Source: the human T2T-CHM13v2.0 reference genome, Homo sapiens
DNA length: 64,000 nucleotides
Assembly (NCBI RefSeq): GCF_009914755.1
Contig: NC_060932.1
Direction: 5' to 3' (one strand)
Each line of letters begins with the position of its first letter. Position 1 is the stretch's first letter. The translations under genes were made by a program, and so were the position numbers. The notes beneath the pieces were generated by a model. It was not told the DNA's origin and searched no databases. It saw only the letters and a list, made by a program, of their open reading frames with translations. This document shows, piece after piece, positions 1 through 21,006 of this stretch.

Positions 1-362
1 GAAAGAAAGAAAAAACATTTGATTCTTATTCACACAAGTCCACTGCTGGTCAAGCAACTCTGCAGTGCAGCTTTCTTTGGCACTTCCAGTATTCAGACTT
101 CTTTCATCCTGTGGTTCCATCATCCCAATAGAACAATTCTATGGTCACCCCAAAGAAGAAAAGAAAAAAAGAGGAGACACAAAGCTCCTAATGACTTTGG
201 CTGTGAAATAACACACATCATTGCCACTCACAGCCCATGGCCAGAACTAATCACTGGCACCAGCCTTCCTGCAAGGGAAGCCAGGAGATATAGGCAGCCC
301 CTTGGGTATTTGGTGAGTGCTAAGTACAACTGTGCAACACTCCCCAACTTTCCTTGGCCTCA

Positions 363-674
<312 letters not shown>

Positions 675-1254
675 TGAGTTTTTAATATCTGTGTAAAAAA
701 TGAACACCATTGAACCTTAGTATAGGCTTTTTGGGAGTAGCAACAGGTTAAAGCAATTGCAGGATGCTTTCTTCAACAAAGTAGTAGCATCTGAAATTTG
801 AGTCATGATGGGGATCTTTAGAAGCCCTAGGTATTCCTGAAAAATCTGGAGGTTACTGCTGCAGCCCTCATATGATGGTTTCAAAAAAAACTGCAGGAGA
901 TCCTCCCACCTCCACATTTAAGAAAAACTGAGAACACCCACCTTTTCGACTGGTTTATGATGGGTTATCTTCAGAACAAAAGAAATATTCTAATTTCAGC
1001 GGCTTTCAAACAAACTGAGTGTTTAACACACAGGCCTTTTGATTCCCACAGGAGGAACCATCACATAAGCTTATATTGTTAAGCGAAATATGCCCAGGGT
1101 AGAATCTCATTCATAAGCCATTGGACTTGAGCTTAGGCAGAGATGATCCGTGAGCTGGATCCAAGGTAACATAGGAACTCAGGTTCCTCAAGTGCAGCCT
1201 CAGCTGCATTCATTTCATATACCTGCACCATGCCAGGCTCTGATTAGGTAAAAG

Positions 1255-1600
1255 AGTATTAGTCAATGCGTTTTGTTTTTTGCAAGTGACAGAAACCCAA
1301 CTCCCACTGGCTTCAAGCAAAATAGGGAATGTTTTGGCTCCTGTAACCAACCACTACCATATAGAGAAAGCCTGCTTGAGAATGAAGCCAGCCCAGAGGA
1401 AAGCTGGGCCAAGAGGAAAGGGCAGAGTTTTTAGGAGTTGACCAAAGCCCTTGATCCAACTGTACCTGAAGGAAACATGCAGTTGGGTAAGCAATAAATT
1501 TAAGATTTTAAAAATGTGTTGTATAATATTTTGTTTGCTTAGGCTTATTAGATACTAGTTTCTACTGTATACAACTGAAAGAGCCCCAGCCAATAAATAT
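1255..1600. mobile_element. MLT1-family (ERVL-MaLR) LTR fragments
   Basis: TATTAGTCA...GCAAGTGACAGAAACCCAACTC and CAACTGAAAGAGCCC are MLT1J/K-like motifs. Confidence 0.5.
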
Positions 1601-2607
1601 GCTAAGTAAAGGACACAGTGAAGTTGTCCTATAAAAAAATGTCACTGACCTTGGTGTCTCTGTCTTTCCCAAGTCAGTGTTCATACATACCTATGTATTA
1701 AACTCCTACTAAATAACAAGCCCTGTTCTAGGTGCTTAAGATATAGAAGTGAAGACACACAAAGACTCTGCCATTGTGGAGTTTATATTCCAGTAGGGGA
1801 AATGTAAAACAAATAAATAGATAGGATGCCCAGTCTTAGGTCAAATGGGGAAGTTTGGTGATTACTGCTTTAATTCCAGGGAAGTCTCAATTCAGGGGAT
1901 ACCAATTGGCCTCATAATCTGACCCTAGAGAATGGTCAGTCTCTGGGTAAATGTCATCCTGATCTCTCATCCCCATAACTGAGATAGTACATTTCCTTTT
2001 GCCTTTCAAGTCTGACAGCCATTCCTTTTCATTAGCCAAGAGAACAATGGACAAATTGGAAAGAACCGCAAGCTAGAAGTATATGAACATAGATCATTGT
2101 CCCAGCTCTGTTACTGATAAGCAGCCCTTCCCCTGTCCCTGTTATACGATTTAATGATAGAACGGGTTGGATGATACAACATTTGCTTTCAGTGACTCCA
2201 ACAGCAATGTCAGAAATTCTATTGTAGACATCGACCACAATTCCTGGTTCATGGTACATGCATGATATATATTTACTAATTCGTTCTCAGCTGATTAGTT
2301 AACTGAGATGCATGGGAGATTAGAACCTACCACCTCTACAACAAGAACATGGTTATCAGAGAAGACAAATGTTACATATTTATTTTTAAATTATTTGACT
2401 CCTGGATTTATTGTGTATCTTTCTACGGGCAAGTTTCATGAGACTAGGGATTTTGTCTGGTTCATCTTTGTGGCCCAGGGCCTACGTAGTGCTCACTAAA
2501 ATGGATGAATGAGTGAATGAATACCATAAGAGTTTACAGAGTGAGCCAGGGAAAGCTTATGAAGATAGGGGCATTTGAGCAGAACCTAGGAAGATTCTTA
2601 GAATTTA

Positions 2608-2820
<213 letters not shown>

Positions 2821-2989
2821 CAAAACTTTTAATGTAGAACTTTGCTTTAGCACTGTCAATCTGAAAGCAGTATTACAATGGATTGTCAAAGCAAGAGATT
2901 AAAGTTGGGAAACAGTCCAAAAAATAGGAAAAATGAGATTTAGAAAGGCACGAACAGGAGGAATTGTCATAATAACCCACCCCAGCATG

Positions 2990-3580
2990 TAATCCCTTTG
3001 GAAAATAGTAACTTTACAGTGGAATAATCTGGCAAACACTTCTCTAAGCAAGTGTTCAAAGCTGATATCCATCACCATTGATGTCAACTGGATATCATGT
3101 ACCCCCTGATGTGATGAAAAGGGCACTTCACATCTGTAGTATTTTTTTTCCCAAAAACCCAAAACCCTGGTCTAATTATAAAAAAAAAAAAACCGGCCAA
3201 ACACAAATTGAAGGATACTTTACAAAATACTTAACTAGTACTCCTCAAAACTGTCAAAGAAAGCAAAGAAAGAAAACTGTCATGAAAGCAAGAAAGACTG
3301 AGAAACTGTTACAGATAAAAGGGAACTAATAAAACATGACACTAAACGCATTGTGGTATCTTAGATTGGATCCTGGAATAGTGAAAAGGGTATTAGCAAA
3401 AAACTGGCAAAATTGAAAAAATTATCTGCAGCTTAATTAGTAGTGACATGCAAATGCTGGTTTCTTAGTTGTCATAAACAATGTGATGATAAATTAGGAG
3501 TAATTGAAACCAGGTGACAGCTATATTATCTTTTCAACTTTCCCACAAATTTTAAATTATCCCTAAATTTTTAAAAGTAA
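2990..3580 (+). mobile_element. Old L1 (L1MC-like) 3' fragment
   Basis: GTAACTTTACAGTGG...ACTCCTCAAAACTGTCAA...GATTGGATCCTGGAA are L1MC 3'-end motifs. Confidence 0.55.
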
Positions 3581-5509
3581 TGTTTTAAAATAACATGCAT
3601 GTATTTAGCTTACAATTGTACAGGTGGATAATTTCGACTGGGCTCGGTTGAGTGGTTCTTCTAGTCTTGGCTGGGCTACGGTCAGCTCAACAAGGCAGTT
3701 CTGCCTCTATAGACTGGCTGGCTTTTGCTGGAGCATCTTTGCTTTGATATGCATGATCTTTTGTTCCCCAAAAATCTAGCCTGGTTTGTTTCCACAGTGC
3801 CTGGGCAAATTTCCAAGAAAGAAGAAGCAGAAATGAACACAAGTGTACAAAGCTTCTTGAAGCCTAAGCTTGGAACTGGTACATCATCAACTCCATCTCA
3901 TTTTTGTGTCCAAAGCAAGTCACAAGGCCAACCCAGATCCAGGGGAAGGAAACAGCTATCACCTTTTGACAGCACAGCCACAGAGGCATGTTGTAGGGTG
4001 CATGAATTTCTGCCATATCTACAATCAGTCTTTCATGTCATATTATTTAGTTTCTTTCTCCTTGAACCTTAGAGCAATTCTGAATGGTCAAGAGCAGTTC
4101 AGTTAAACTGCTTCTTGTCATTTATTTGCAGCCACTGGCAGGGTAGAAGCTTGGGGGTGCAGAGGTCTAGCATCAGTGATTCTGTTTTTTTTTTCATCAG
4201 TGATTTTCATTAGGAATCTGTTATGTATGAAACAACGACTTGCCATAGTTCTGAAACCCAGCTCCTCCATTTATTAGCTCTGTAATCTTTGCCAAGTTTT
4301 ACCTATTTGCACCTCAATTTCCTCTTTCATAAAATGGGGATAAGAGTAACAATGTTACGGTGTTATGAGGATGAAACGTATATAAGGCCATACCTGGCAG
4401 CCCCCTCCCCTTGCCCAGCCTAGATTTGCCTGTAGGAAAAGAAAAACACTGTGGTGCAACTCTTGCCCAAGAAGTTTAAGTTTCTAGCTCAGTGAGACAT
4501 CACAGCTCTGCTGGAAAGGTCAACTCAGAGCAGCTTCCAAGCCCACCTGGCCTCCTGAAGGACTAGACCACCCTCTGAAGAGCCTGAATTGGATAACAGT
4601 TAACTAGGCACCAGCCTTCAAGCTTAACATCTCGTTTCCTTTCTTAAGACACTCAGGAAGACATTACCATTTTAGCTACATGGAGAACTAGCCCTGGAGA
4701 ACTTAAGATCACAAAGCTGTGGAGTAAGAGAACAGGGATTAGAATCAAGCTGTTGGACCCCCAAGCCCAAGCTGGTAACTACTGTGTATTCCCCCACTCT
4801 TTGCTATATTATCCTCTGCCACTCAGTGCCCACTTAATAATAGGCTCAATTCCAAAACACTGCATAGTTCTTGATGGGGACTTTGGTGCTCCAGGGACAA
4901 ACTCTGAGCAGCATTTGGCCACTATGTGCTAAATTAAAAACTCCAAATACCCTTCACCTTCCCCAGCGGAACTATTTCCAGCATCGTTATTCAAGCTCCC
5001 CTCTCCTAAAACTACAGTTATCTAGAAGCAGAACATTAGGGAGCAAGAGAATGAGGCTTTGAAATTACCAACATTACTCAAACCCAAAGCTCAGATGGAA
5101 GCATTCACAGCTTCCCTTCCTCTCCTGGTGACAACCAATGTCTCCAATTCACCACCGAGGAACCGGGAGAAGTGTGAAGATGCAAAATTCTACACTTTCA
5201 GAGCTGGAAGGGAGTTTAACGCAGCTAGTCCCAATGCACAGATGCAAAAATGAAGCCTGGAGAGAAAGGGATTTGTCCACAGAGCTAACCAGAAATGTGA
5301 GAAATCCAAAGGGTTTTTCTGTCCAGTATTGGATTTGATCCTGACAAGAACATTGTGGAGCAGCAGAGCACATACATTTACTTTAGAGAAGACAGGCTGA
5401 GTTAGCCAATGCAGGGCATCCAGAGTGTCTGGAGCAACACTGAGACTAGAACCACCTTCCTACTCCTAGAGCATCAGACAAGACTTGTCTAGGCTGATTC
5501 CGATTCTGT

Positions 5510-5805
5510 ATTTTTTTTTTTTAAATGAAGTCTGCTCTGTCACCCAGGCTGGAGTCCAGTGGCACAATCTCGGCTTACTGCATCCTCCACCTCCCAGGTT
5601 CAAGCAATTCTCCTGCCTAAGCCTCCAAAGTAGCTGAGACTACAGGTGCCCACCACCATACCCAGCTAATTTTTGTATTTTTTTTAGTAGAGATGAGATT
5701 TCACCATGTTGGCCAGACTGGTTTCAAACTCCTGACCTCAGGCAATCCGCCCGACTTAGCCTGCCAATGTGCTGAGATTACAGGCATGAGCCACCGCACC
5801 AGGAC
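5510..5805 (-). mobile_element. Alu
   Basis: Antisense Alu dimer. Confidence 0.93.
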
Positions 5806-5914
5806 TGATTCTAATTCTTAACTCTGTGTCTTCAGGTAAATCATGACTTCTCTAACCTCAGTTTTCTCATCTATAAAATTAGAATCAGGATGATTCTGAG
5901 TGCTGTGTGATTAA

Positions 5915-7092
<1,178 letters not shown>

Positions 7093-7382
7093 ATTTTTTT
7101 TTAATCACAGGAAAAGTGATTCAAAGTGTCACTTCAGAGACACAAAATTTTGCTTGAGCTCTGATGTAATATTTAGATGATTTATTCACAGAAGGTGATC
7201 TGCTAATTCAGGGACCTTGTTTTATGGCCCAAATTCTTTCCAGTTCATTCAACTCTGCTTTCTCAGAGACAGGGTAAATGTAGCTTTCTGACAGAGGTCC
7301 TCATTTTGACTTTAAGTAACAAAGAAGTGTTAGTGTTTTGGTTGTTTCCTTTTGTTCATCTTAGACAGCTAAATGGCACATA

Positions 7383-7645
7383 GGCCGCCTTGGCTCATAC
7401 CTGTAATCCCAGCATTTTGGCAGGCTGAGGCGGGCAGATTGCTTGAGTCCAGGAGTTCGAGATTAGCCGGGGCAATATAGTGAGACCCTGTCTCTTCACA
7501 TCCCTGTGGTCTCAGCTACTCAGAAGGCTGAGGTAGGAGGATTGCTTGAGCCTGGCAAGTTCAAGACTGCAGTGAGTCGTGATCACACCACTGCACTCCA
7601 ACCTGGGTGAGAGTGAGAGATCCTGTCTCAAAAGAAATAAAAATG
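7383..7645 (+). mobile_element. Alu (AluJ-like, internal deletion)
   Basis: Alu motifs with the central linker missing. Confidence 0.85.
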
Positions 7646-8509
7646 AAAGACACATAATTCACAATCCATGTCAAGAAGACCTTGCTTACTCTGTTTTCTC
7701 AGTGGACTTTGTGGCCATTCTCTTTCTCCTGAGCTATCTGTATCATAGGTAAGTTATACAGTCCTATCCCTCCAAACTTACCTTTAAACACATTTCATGA
7801 TAAGAGGGTTTTGCACCTAAAACCTTTACCCTCAGAAGTTTATCTTATCCATTAGTGGGTCATCCAAGACATTTCCACCAACCCAATAACGCACAAGTAA
7901 AGCTAAGTGAACATTTGTTGAAAAAAAATTACTAAATATTAAGTTTACATTGATTGAACACATAATATGCGCCAAGTACTATAAGCGCATTATATGCATT
8001 ATCTTAATTATTCCTCCCAAGAATTCCATGAGGTATTTATTATCCCCATTTTAAAGATAAGAAGATGAAGGCTGAGAGAGTTTGAGTAGTACAGATTTAT
8101 GGAGTAGGGACAACAGCATTGGAACTTGATGTCCTCTCTTCTCTAACCACGACACTGCCTAGTTCAGAAATTACCAATCTGAGGAAGAACAAGTGAATGG
8201 ACAGTTAACAGGAATGTCCTATTGATTTCTTCAGGCTCTTGCTCTCAAATGGATAAATGAGGGTCTCCTGACCTTCCCTGCCATCCATCTCTTCCGCTTA
8301 CTTCAACTGCTTGATTTAATTGATATCTTTCAGGAAGCCAAGGTTGGCTAATATCAACTTCAATAAAAATTTAGCTTTAGAGATGAACCAAAATGAACCA
8401 CATTTTCCCAGTGATAACCCACTTAAGCTTGGCTCATGCTCTCCAGTTTCAAAATCTCCATCCTGTCCTCTTCACACTGCCTGAATTTGAATCCCTGTTC
8501 CACCATTTA

Positions 8510-9540
<1,031 letters not shown>

Positions 9541-10657
9541 CAATAAAATGTCTGAAAACTCCTAACCTCTCAGTGTTCTCCAAGTCTCCTTTCATTGCAA
9601 CTGTCAGCATCTTCAGTTCTGTGTCTTCTGCACCAGGAGCCATCTCCACAGCGCTTCCCATCCACCCACAGCACTTTTTATTACACTGCCAGGTGTAGCC
9701 ATCATCTACAGGGGAGCAGCCCTCTATTCTGATAAGGCATAAAAAATGAGCTGCAGACTGAGAGTCCAGCCATGTGTCCTTCTGCCTTATCTGCAAATCC
9801 CATCATCAGCAATTTTCTCGAGCCTGTTCAGGTCACTTCATTCTCTTATCCTCACCTACAAATGCTCCTATTCAGTCTTTCTTGGGCTCCTTTAGGAAAA
9901 TGCACTAATAATGTACTATCTATTTTTTTTAATTGGAGTATCAGTTAAGATGTGTTTCTGTCATTTGTGCAATTATTAGATGTGCTTCCACTGTAAATCA
10001 AAGAAATGCAGACTACAGCAAAGCTGTTTTTAAAATGATAATAAACAGTACTGACATGAGTCTCATTAGTGTAGCACTCTCATATATTCCTGAGGCAGTG
10101 CAAATTACAACATCTCCTTTTTTCCTCAAGCTTTAGTAATATGAATCAAGGACTTTACAAATGCCTCTGATTCAATAATTCTGGATTCTATACTAAGAAA
10201 AGTATCCTAAAAATTAAGAACAGATTTATTCCCAAAGATGTTCATATCAGTGTTATTTACCATAGCAAATCAATGACACACTTCAAATTTTAAAAAGGAA
10301 ATGATTAAATGAGGTATTTTATAATCACCTAATAGACTATTTTGCAGCCATTTAACATTTGCTTTCAATGATGCTGACAATTTTTGTAACACAATGTGAA
10401 ATGGGAAAAAAGGCAGATTCAAAGGAACATTTATAGCATGATTACAAATTTATAAAACAAAAACTTTCATTTAAAAGAAAGATAAGAAAATATAAGGGCA
10501 CAAAAATAAATGAATGTTATTATGGTAAATCAACAGGGCTGTGAGAAAGAATAAGGGTCCTAATTTAGACAGGAAGGTCAGGAAAGCCTCTCTGAAAATG
10601 TAGAAGATAAACAAAAATTAGTCAAGGAAAAAATTAAACAAGGAAATAGCCAGGAAA

Positions 10658-10950
10658 GGCCAGGTGTGGTGGTTCATGCCTGTAATCCCAGCACTCAGAT
10701 GGGCAGATCACCTGAGGCCAGGAGTTTGAGACCAGCCTGGCCAACATGGTGAAACCCCATCTCTACTAAAAATACAAAAATAGCTGGGTGTGGTGGTGCA
10801 TGCCTGTAGTCCCAGCTACTCAGGAGGCTGAGGCAGGAGAATCGCTTGAACCTTGGGAGGTGGAGGTTGCAGTGAGCCAAAATTGTGTCACTGCACTCCA
10901 GCCTGGGTGACAAATTGAGACTCCATCTCAAATAATAATAATAATAATAT
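10658..10950 (+). mobile_element. Alu
   Basis: Sense Alu with an (AAT)n tail. Confidence 0.93.
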
Positions 10951-11309
10951 TAAAGCAGAAACAGCCAGAACAAAAATTTAAATGGAAAATTTAAATTAAA
11001 TTTTTAAATTAACCAAGGAAATAATTAATCAAGGAAAAAAATAGCATGTACAAAGTTTCTGAGTCAGGAAAAACAGGATAAATAGGAATTACTGAGGCAC
11101 TGACTATTAAGTGCTAACTATACATTGACAGTTGAGTCGGAACTAAAATGTCCTTGCATTGAATAGTATTCATTTTATTTGTTGACAAGAAAGCTTGCAA
11201 CTAAAAGTCTGAGCCTGGCATGTGATAGGAAAAGGTAGTAACAATAGTACTTATCCCCAAGGCTGTCATGGAGTAAAGCATTGCTAGACCTAAGCACTTA
11301 CAACAGGCC

Positions 11310-13685
<2,376 letters not shown>

Positions 13686-15467
13686 TACAAAGCTAAAAAG
13701 GGAGGCAGGTGCATGAGCACATATATGTCTAATATTAGCTAAAATAGTATCACCATTATTAAATAAACTTTTAAAAAATACCTTCTTTCTGAGAATGCAA
13801 TTCTTCCTTATAATCAGAACCATGAATATACCAGGAAACTTTTTAAATCAGGGAACAAATGCCTACGAAGGACAGGCACAAGCCAGAAAGGGACTATGGA
13901 TGAATTAAGTGGGCTGAGCATATGGGAGCGGTGGAGACTGGGGCAAACTGAACAGCTCCTGGCCCTTTTAAAAGAAATCGGCTGCTCCTCAACTTCCATC
14001 CACTTCTGAATGCAGTTCCAGAATTACCAAATCTGCCTGTTTAAGGAAAGGCACAAATTCAGATTGTTAATGTGAAATCTATTGACTTGTAAGTGTTGGC
14101 ACCTATTTTTAAATGTTATAAATGCTGAGAGGGTCAAAACCTGTCATCCAAGCCAACCTACCAGTAAGCAAGACTTGGTCCTCAAGCAAGTTTGCTGCCT
14201 CTGCTTTGAGTACTTTAGCATGACTTTCAAAACCTCCCACCTCCCCCTCGCCCTGCCTAAACCCACTTTACCCCTCACCACCACTGCAAGAAGTTATCCA
14301 AGCTATGAAGAGAGACAGAAGAATTCATACATAAATAAAGAGTCCCAAAACATTCTCAAAGATGCCAAAGTCAGGCTAGGGTGGCATGGAGAGGGAGTGG
14401 GGCATAAAGTTTTTGATTCCTAATCTAATTAGAGAGCCCTATAACAGATTCTTTGTTCAAAGACCAAATTTAATTTACAATTTTATATCTCCAGTGAAGT
14501 CAGCTTTTATTAATTTCCAGCACAATATTTGGATATACTGGCCAGAACTTCAATGAGTTCCTATTTAGTGTTTAATCTTCTAATGCATTCCAATTAATTA
14601 TTTCAGTTTTATGGCAAACTGTCTTCAGCCAACATCCAAGCTGGACACCCCATGCCTCTCCACTCACCCAAAAAACCAGCTCGGGAGGTGTCAATATAAT
14701 GACTTAAGATGCTGAATGGTAAAGGACAGGATTGGAAGGAAATTGCGCCTGCAATTATGCACTAATGCTTCACCAGAGAAGCAGATGGCATTCCTTGCAT
14801 AAATTATTATTTATCCTTGGAATTCCCCTCTGCCTATTACCAAATCAACCCTTGAAAACAAGTCTTTGTTGGGTCTGTGAAGTCCCCTGGCCAGTTTCCA
14901 ATGTCTGCTCCCTCCCTCACATCCCACCCTCCAGAGCTGCAGCGAGGGTAAGAACTCCAACATGGCCCACAGGCAAGGGTTTCCGAAAGCATCGACGTTC
15001 TAAATACATTTGGACGGAGGTGCACAGAAAGGAGTCCGCTTTATTTTGCAGACTGGGAATCCAGATGCAATGACCACAGGCAGAAAGCATGGAGCAGAAC
15101 CTCCCAGCCTCGGCTGTACCCCCAGTGATAAGGCTTGCCACGTGTGGACGTCACCAGGTTGCCCACCACAGCACGGGGCTTAGGCTGTACTGTGCATTCT
15201 CTCATGGAATCCTTGAACAAGGATTGAGGTGGGCAATGATGTTCCACTTTGAGGAAATGAAATGAAGAAACCAGAGACTCTGAGACAAAGAAAAGGGCTT
15301 TGGGTTTTTTTGTGTTTTTTGGCTTTTTATTTATTTATTTATTTTGTACAGATGAGGTCTCACTTTGTTGCCCAGATTGGTCTCAAAGAATGGTGCTTTG
15401 GATTAGATCTTATTGTGATGAAAAATAAAAAAAAATTAAAAATTTTTTAATTTAAAAAGAATACTGC

Positions 15468-16889
<1,422 letters not shown>

Positions 16890-16920
16890 TGAGATACATT
16901 TCCCGTATCGTCCAAGTGCA

Positions 16921-16926
16921 GACACA

Positions 16927-16962
<36 letters not shown>
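16921..16962. repeat. (CA)n(GA)n microsatellite
   Basis: Seen directly in the sequence. Confidence 0.95.
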
Positions 16963-17345
16963 AAAGAATACTTCATCTGCAACACACTTTGATATTTTCT
17001 GTGCCAGCCCATTTTGTGAAATTGCTCATCATGATTCATTAAATTCATTTCTTATTTACTATTTTTAAATTTTTATACATGCAGGGGGCTCAAGTGAGGA
17101 TTTCTTTCATGTATACATTGCATAGTCGTCAAGTCTGGTCATTAAATGTATTCATTATCCAAATAGTGAACATTGTTAAATTGATTTCATGATCCACTAA
17201 GGGGTCATCATTTGCCATTTTAAAACTCTGACAGTATGAGCTTCTCCCTAGCCCAGTTCCTGTTACCATCTTCCCATTCTTCCCTTCCTTCTTCAATTCA
17301 GATAGGATTTTCCTCCAGAGGGATTATAAAGTTGCGAGGAAAGCG

Positions 17346-17361
17346 CCTGCAGGGGGTGCTG
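17346..17361 (+). promoter_or_regulatory. Candidate CTCF site ~10 kb upstream of MYC
   Basis: CCTGCAGGGGGTGCTG is a close match to CCASCAGGGGGCGCTG. Confidence 0.65.
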
Positions 17362-17752
17362 TTCCACACTGTTGTTGAAGTGTGGTTTGGTTTTTATTTC
17401 GTTGCATTTGCTTTTCGGTCAATGAGGGCAATTCATCTGGAATGACCCCCATCCTCGTCACCCTTGCTCCAACGATGTTGGGGCCCAGCTCATCAACAAG
17501 GACACCTGAACAGAGCCCTACCCATTGATGGAACCGAAGCAAGGGCAAGGAAGAGTTCTCAACCCTTCTCTCTATATACGATTAAAACTGGGTTAGGCTA
17601 GGTGTGCCCTCAGCTCAGAAGCTCTCTCTAATAGCATTCCTTCACTAAGCACTTACAGAGTGCCTACCACGTGCCAGGCATTGTGCTGGGCTCTGGAGAC
17701 CACCTACTCTGTGAATGGCACCTTGAGGCTTGATGGGTGAGAACGCGAGTAA

Positions 17753-18454
<702 letters not shown>

Positions 18455-19944
18455 AAACTTGTATTTTCTAAGACAGAAGAATGAGGGGATGGTTTAAACT
18501 CTCAAGGGAAGGGGAAAGGATCATGAAAAGCTCCTACAGGAAGATGCTTGAGTTGGATTACTAAGACATATGAGCAGAGATGGCAGGCTGGCAGCCTGAG
18601 GGCCACCTCTGCCCATAGACATGCTTTGCTTCTCCATATCATTTTTTTTCCCAACACACTGCTGCTGGCTTGAAATCTCCATATAATTCTTACAATAAGT
18701 TGTTAACATTTTAAAACCTGGATTTCCACCTTCCCTGAAAAACTGGAAGCATTTCCACCCATGGGCCCATATTTCAGGGTAACCACCAGAGCAGGTGCCA
18801 AATGGGAGCCACCAGACCTACACAGGCAAATGCTCTCCAGTTTACCAGTCTCCACCACTCCCTATTGTATTCTTCGTTTACATTTCCTGCCAAACCTCTG
18901 TAAGCATCTGAGTTGGCAACCCTTGATGTGTTAGCGGAAAATGTGGATCAGAAGTTAGAAAGAGTTTCTAAACCTGGTTGTTGATTTACGCTTTATGCTT
19001 TGAAGGAAAACAGTTTTTCCAATGCCCAGATCCACTCACCAAGACAAAAAAAAAAGCAAGCTGTAGATTTCAGTAGCAGCCTTGTCTAGCCAGCAATAAA
19101 GGTGCCCTGGGTTTCCAGGACCACACCCCAGGGATTAGCCCCGGGGCATCATATGAATTCAGTGAAAGGCGGGAAATCCTAACATAAAGCGTTGATTCGT
19201 ATTAAATAGGAACAATGCCTAATTCTGCCTTCCTGAACTTCCAGAATTTTGCTTTTTCTGAATAGAGTGATCTGCAAAACAGCATACACTTGGAATAGTA
19301 AGTCGTGCAAGAGTTGGAGACAGGAAGGGGGTGGGTTTGGAATTGTCTCCAAACATTAGATAATCTCTTTGTGATTCTAAACCTCAACTTGACAAGCTTG
19401 TATTAGTCCACAATTTTTCACACTTGATGAAGTGATAAAGGACATCAATTTCATGGAACTCACTATGAAACACCATGCAATATTGATACATTTAACTTAA
19501 AACAGCTCAATACATAACTTTCTGCTAAATCTGGAACTCACATTAACAATTGCTAACATTTGCTGAGTGTGGGCCAGACAGCAGGCTCTGTGCTGAATGC
19601 CTTATCTCACTTAATTCCTGTAACACCTTCAATAAGATAGGTGCTACAATTATAGTAATCCCATTTTACAGATGAGAAAAGTGAGATTCAGAGAGGTCAT
19701 GTGACTTGACAGATTTATCAGGTGATCATGACAGAGTAGTCCTCCAACCAAGCTGATTCAGCAACCCGTCCTTATATTCTAGATTCTTGTGTAGCCAAAA
19801 AGTTATTGAGAAAGTCTGCCCATTGACTTCATTCTCTTACCCAGTGTAGAGTCAGCATACATTCATTCACATTAACTATGGGCCAGACTTGATTCCTGGC
19901 CTTGGGACTTTTTTTTTTTTTTGGCAGGGGCTGATAACATTCTA

Positions 19945-20125
19945 TTTTATTTATTTATTTATTTCTCTCTCTTTTCTTTTAATTATACTTTAAGTTCTGG
20001 GATACATGTGCAGAACATGCAGGTTTGTTACATAGGTATACACATGCCATGGTGGTTTGCTGCACCTACCAACCCATCATCTACATTAGATATCTCTTCT
20101 AATGCTACCCCTCCTCTAGACCCCC
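19945..20125 (-). mobile_element. Short L1PA 3'-end fragment
   Basis: TTATACTTTAAGTTCTGGGATACATGTGCAGAACATGCAGG is the antisense L1PA terminus. Confidence 0.85.
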
Positions 20126-20807
20126 GGGACATTTATAATCTCATGAAGAAGAGAAAAAGGAGGCCTTTCTCTGACAGCTAGAAAACCACAGTTAGTCTAT
20201 TTTAGCCGGAGACCCTGGATTCTACCCTGAGAACAAAGGTTTATGTTTCAGCAGCTTAATTAGAGGTTTTCCAGAACTTTTTCTGGCTCCATGCTTTTAT
20301 GATTCTGTAAGATGATCATGGGAAAAGGAAGAGTCCACAGAGAAAATGGGGCTTGAACTTGGGCTGGGAGGAAAGGTGGTTCTTAGATAAATCAAGAAGA
20401 GAAGAGACAGTAAGTCTGGGGAACTGCCTGAACCAAAGTGCTGAGGTGGAAACTTGTGTGTCACTCAGAGTGGCTGTAAATAGACCTGTTTCTCTGAAGT
20501 GCAGAGTTGGTAAGAAATAGGGTAAGATAAGGAGGAGGCCAGATGCATGAGGGCTTGGAATTCCAAGCTCATAATGGAGAACCTCATTTTGGACCATGGG
20601 GGTCAACTGAAGAATTTTAAATGAAGAGGAAAATTAATCAGTGTGCAAGGTTAAATGGAGTGGCAGAGACTAGGAGCTATTAGGAATCTACTGCAAGATG
20701 ATTCTAACAGCCATAGGTAGTGGGTAAAAGAGGAAAGTGAGCCAATAAGGGAAACAGAAGAACAAGTTGAATATGTGGGAATATAATCAGGAGAATGTGG
20801 AGTGAAC

Positions 20808-21006
20808 CCAGGGATTCTCAACCTCAGCACTGGTGACATTTTGAGCCCCACTCTCTGTTGTGGGAGCCGTCCTGTGCAATGTAGGACATTTAGCAGCATC
20901 GTTGGCCTCTACCCACTAAAAACGCCAAGTAGTAAGGCCCCATCCCTTAGTGACAACCCAAAATGTCTCCAGACATTGCCAATTGCCTCTGGTTGAGACC
21001 CACTGA
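20808..21006. mobile_element. MER20 (hAT-Charlie) DNA transposon
   Basis: TTCTCAACCTCAGCACT...GACATTTAGCAGCATC...GTGACAACCCAAAATGTCTCCAGACATTGCC...GGTTGAGACCCACTG. Confidence 0.8.

Noticed and set aside
17668-17673. Isolated CACGTG E-boxes (also ~22117 and ~24560)
   Set aside because: Single 6-mers near chance frequency, one within an old MIR/L2-like repeat, with no supporting context.
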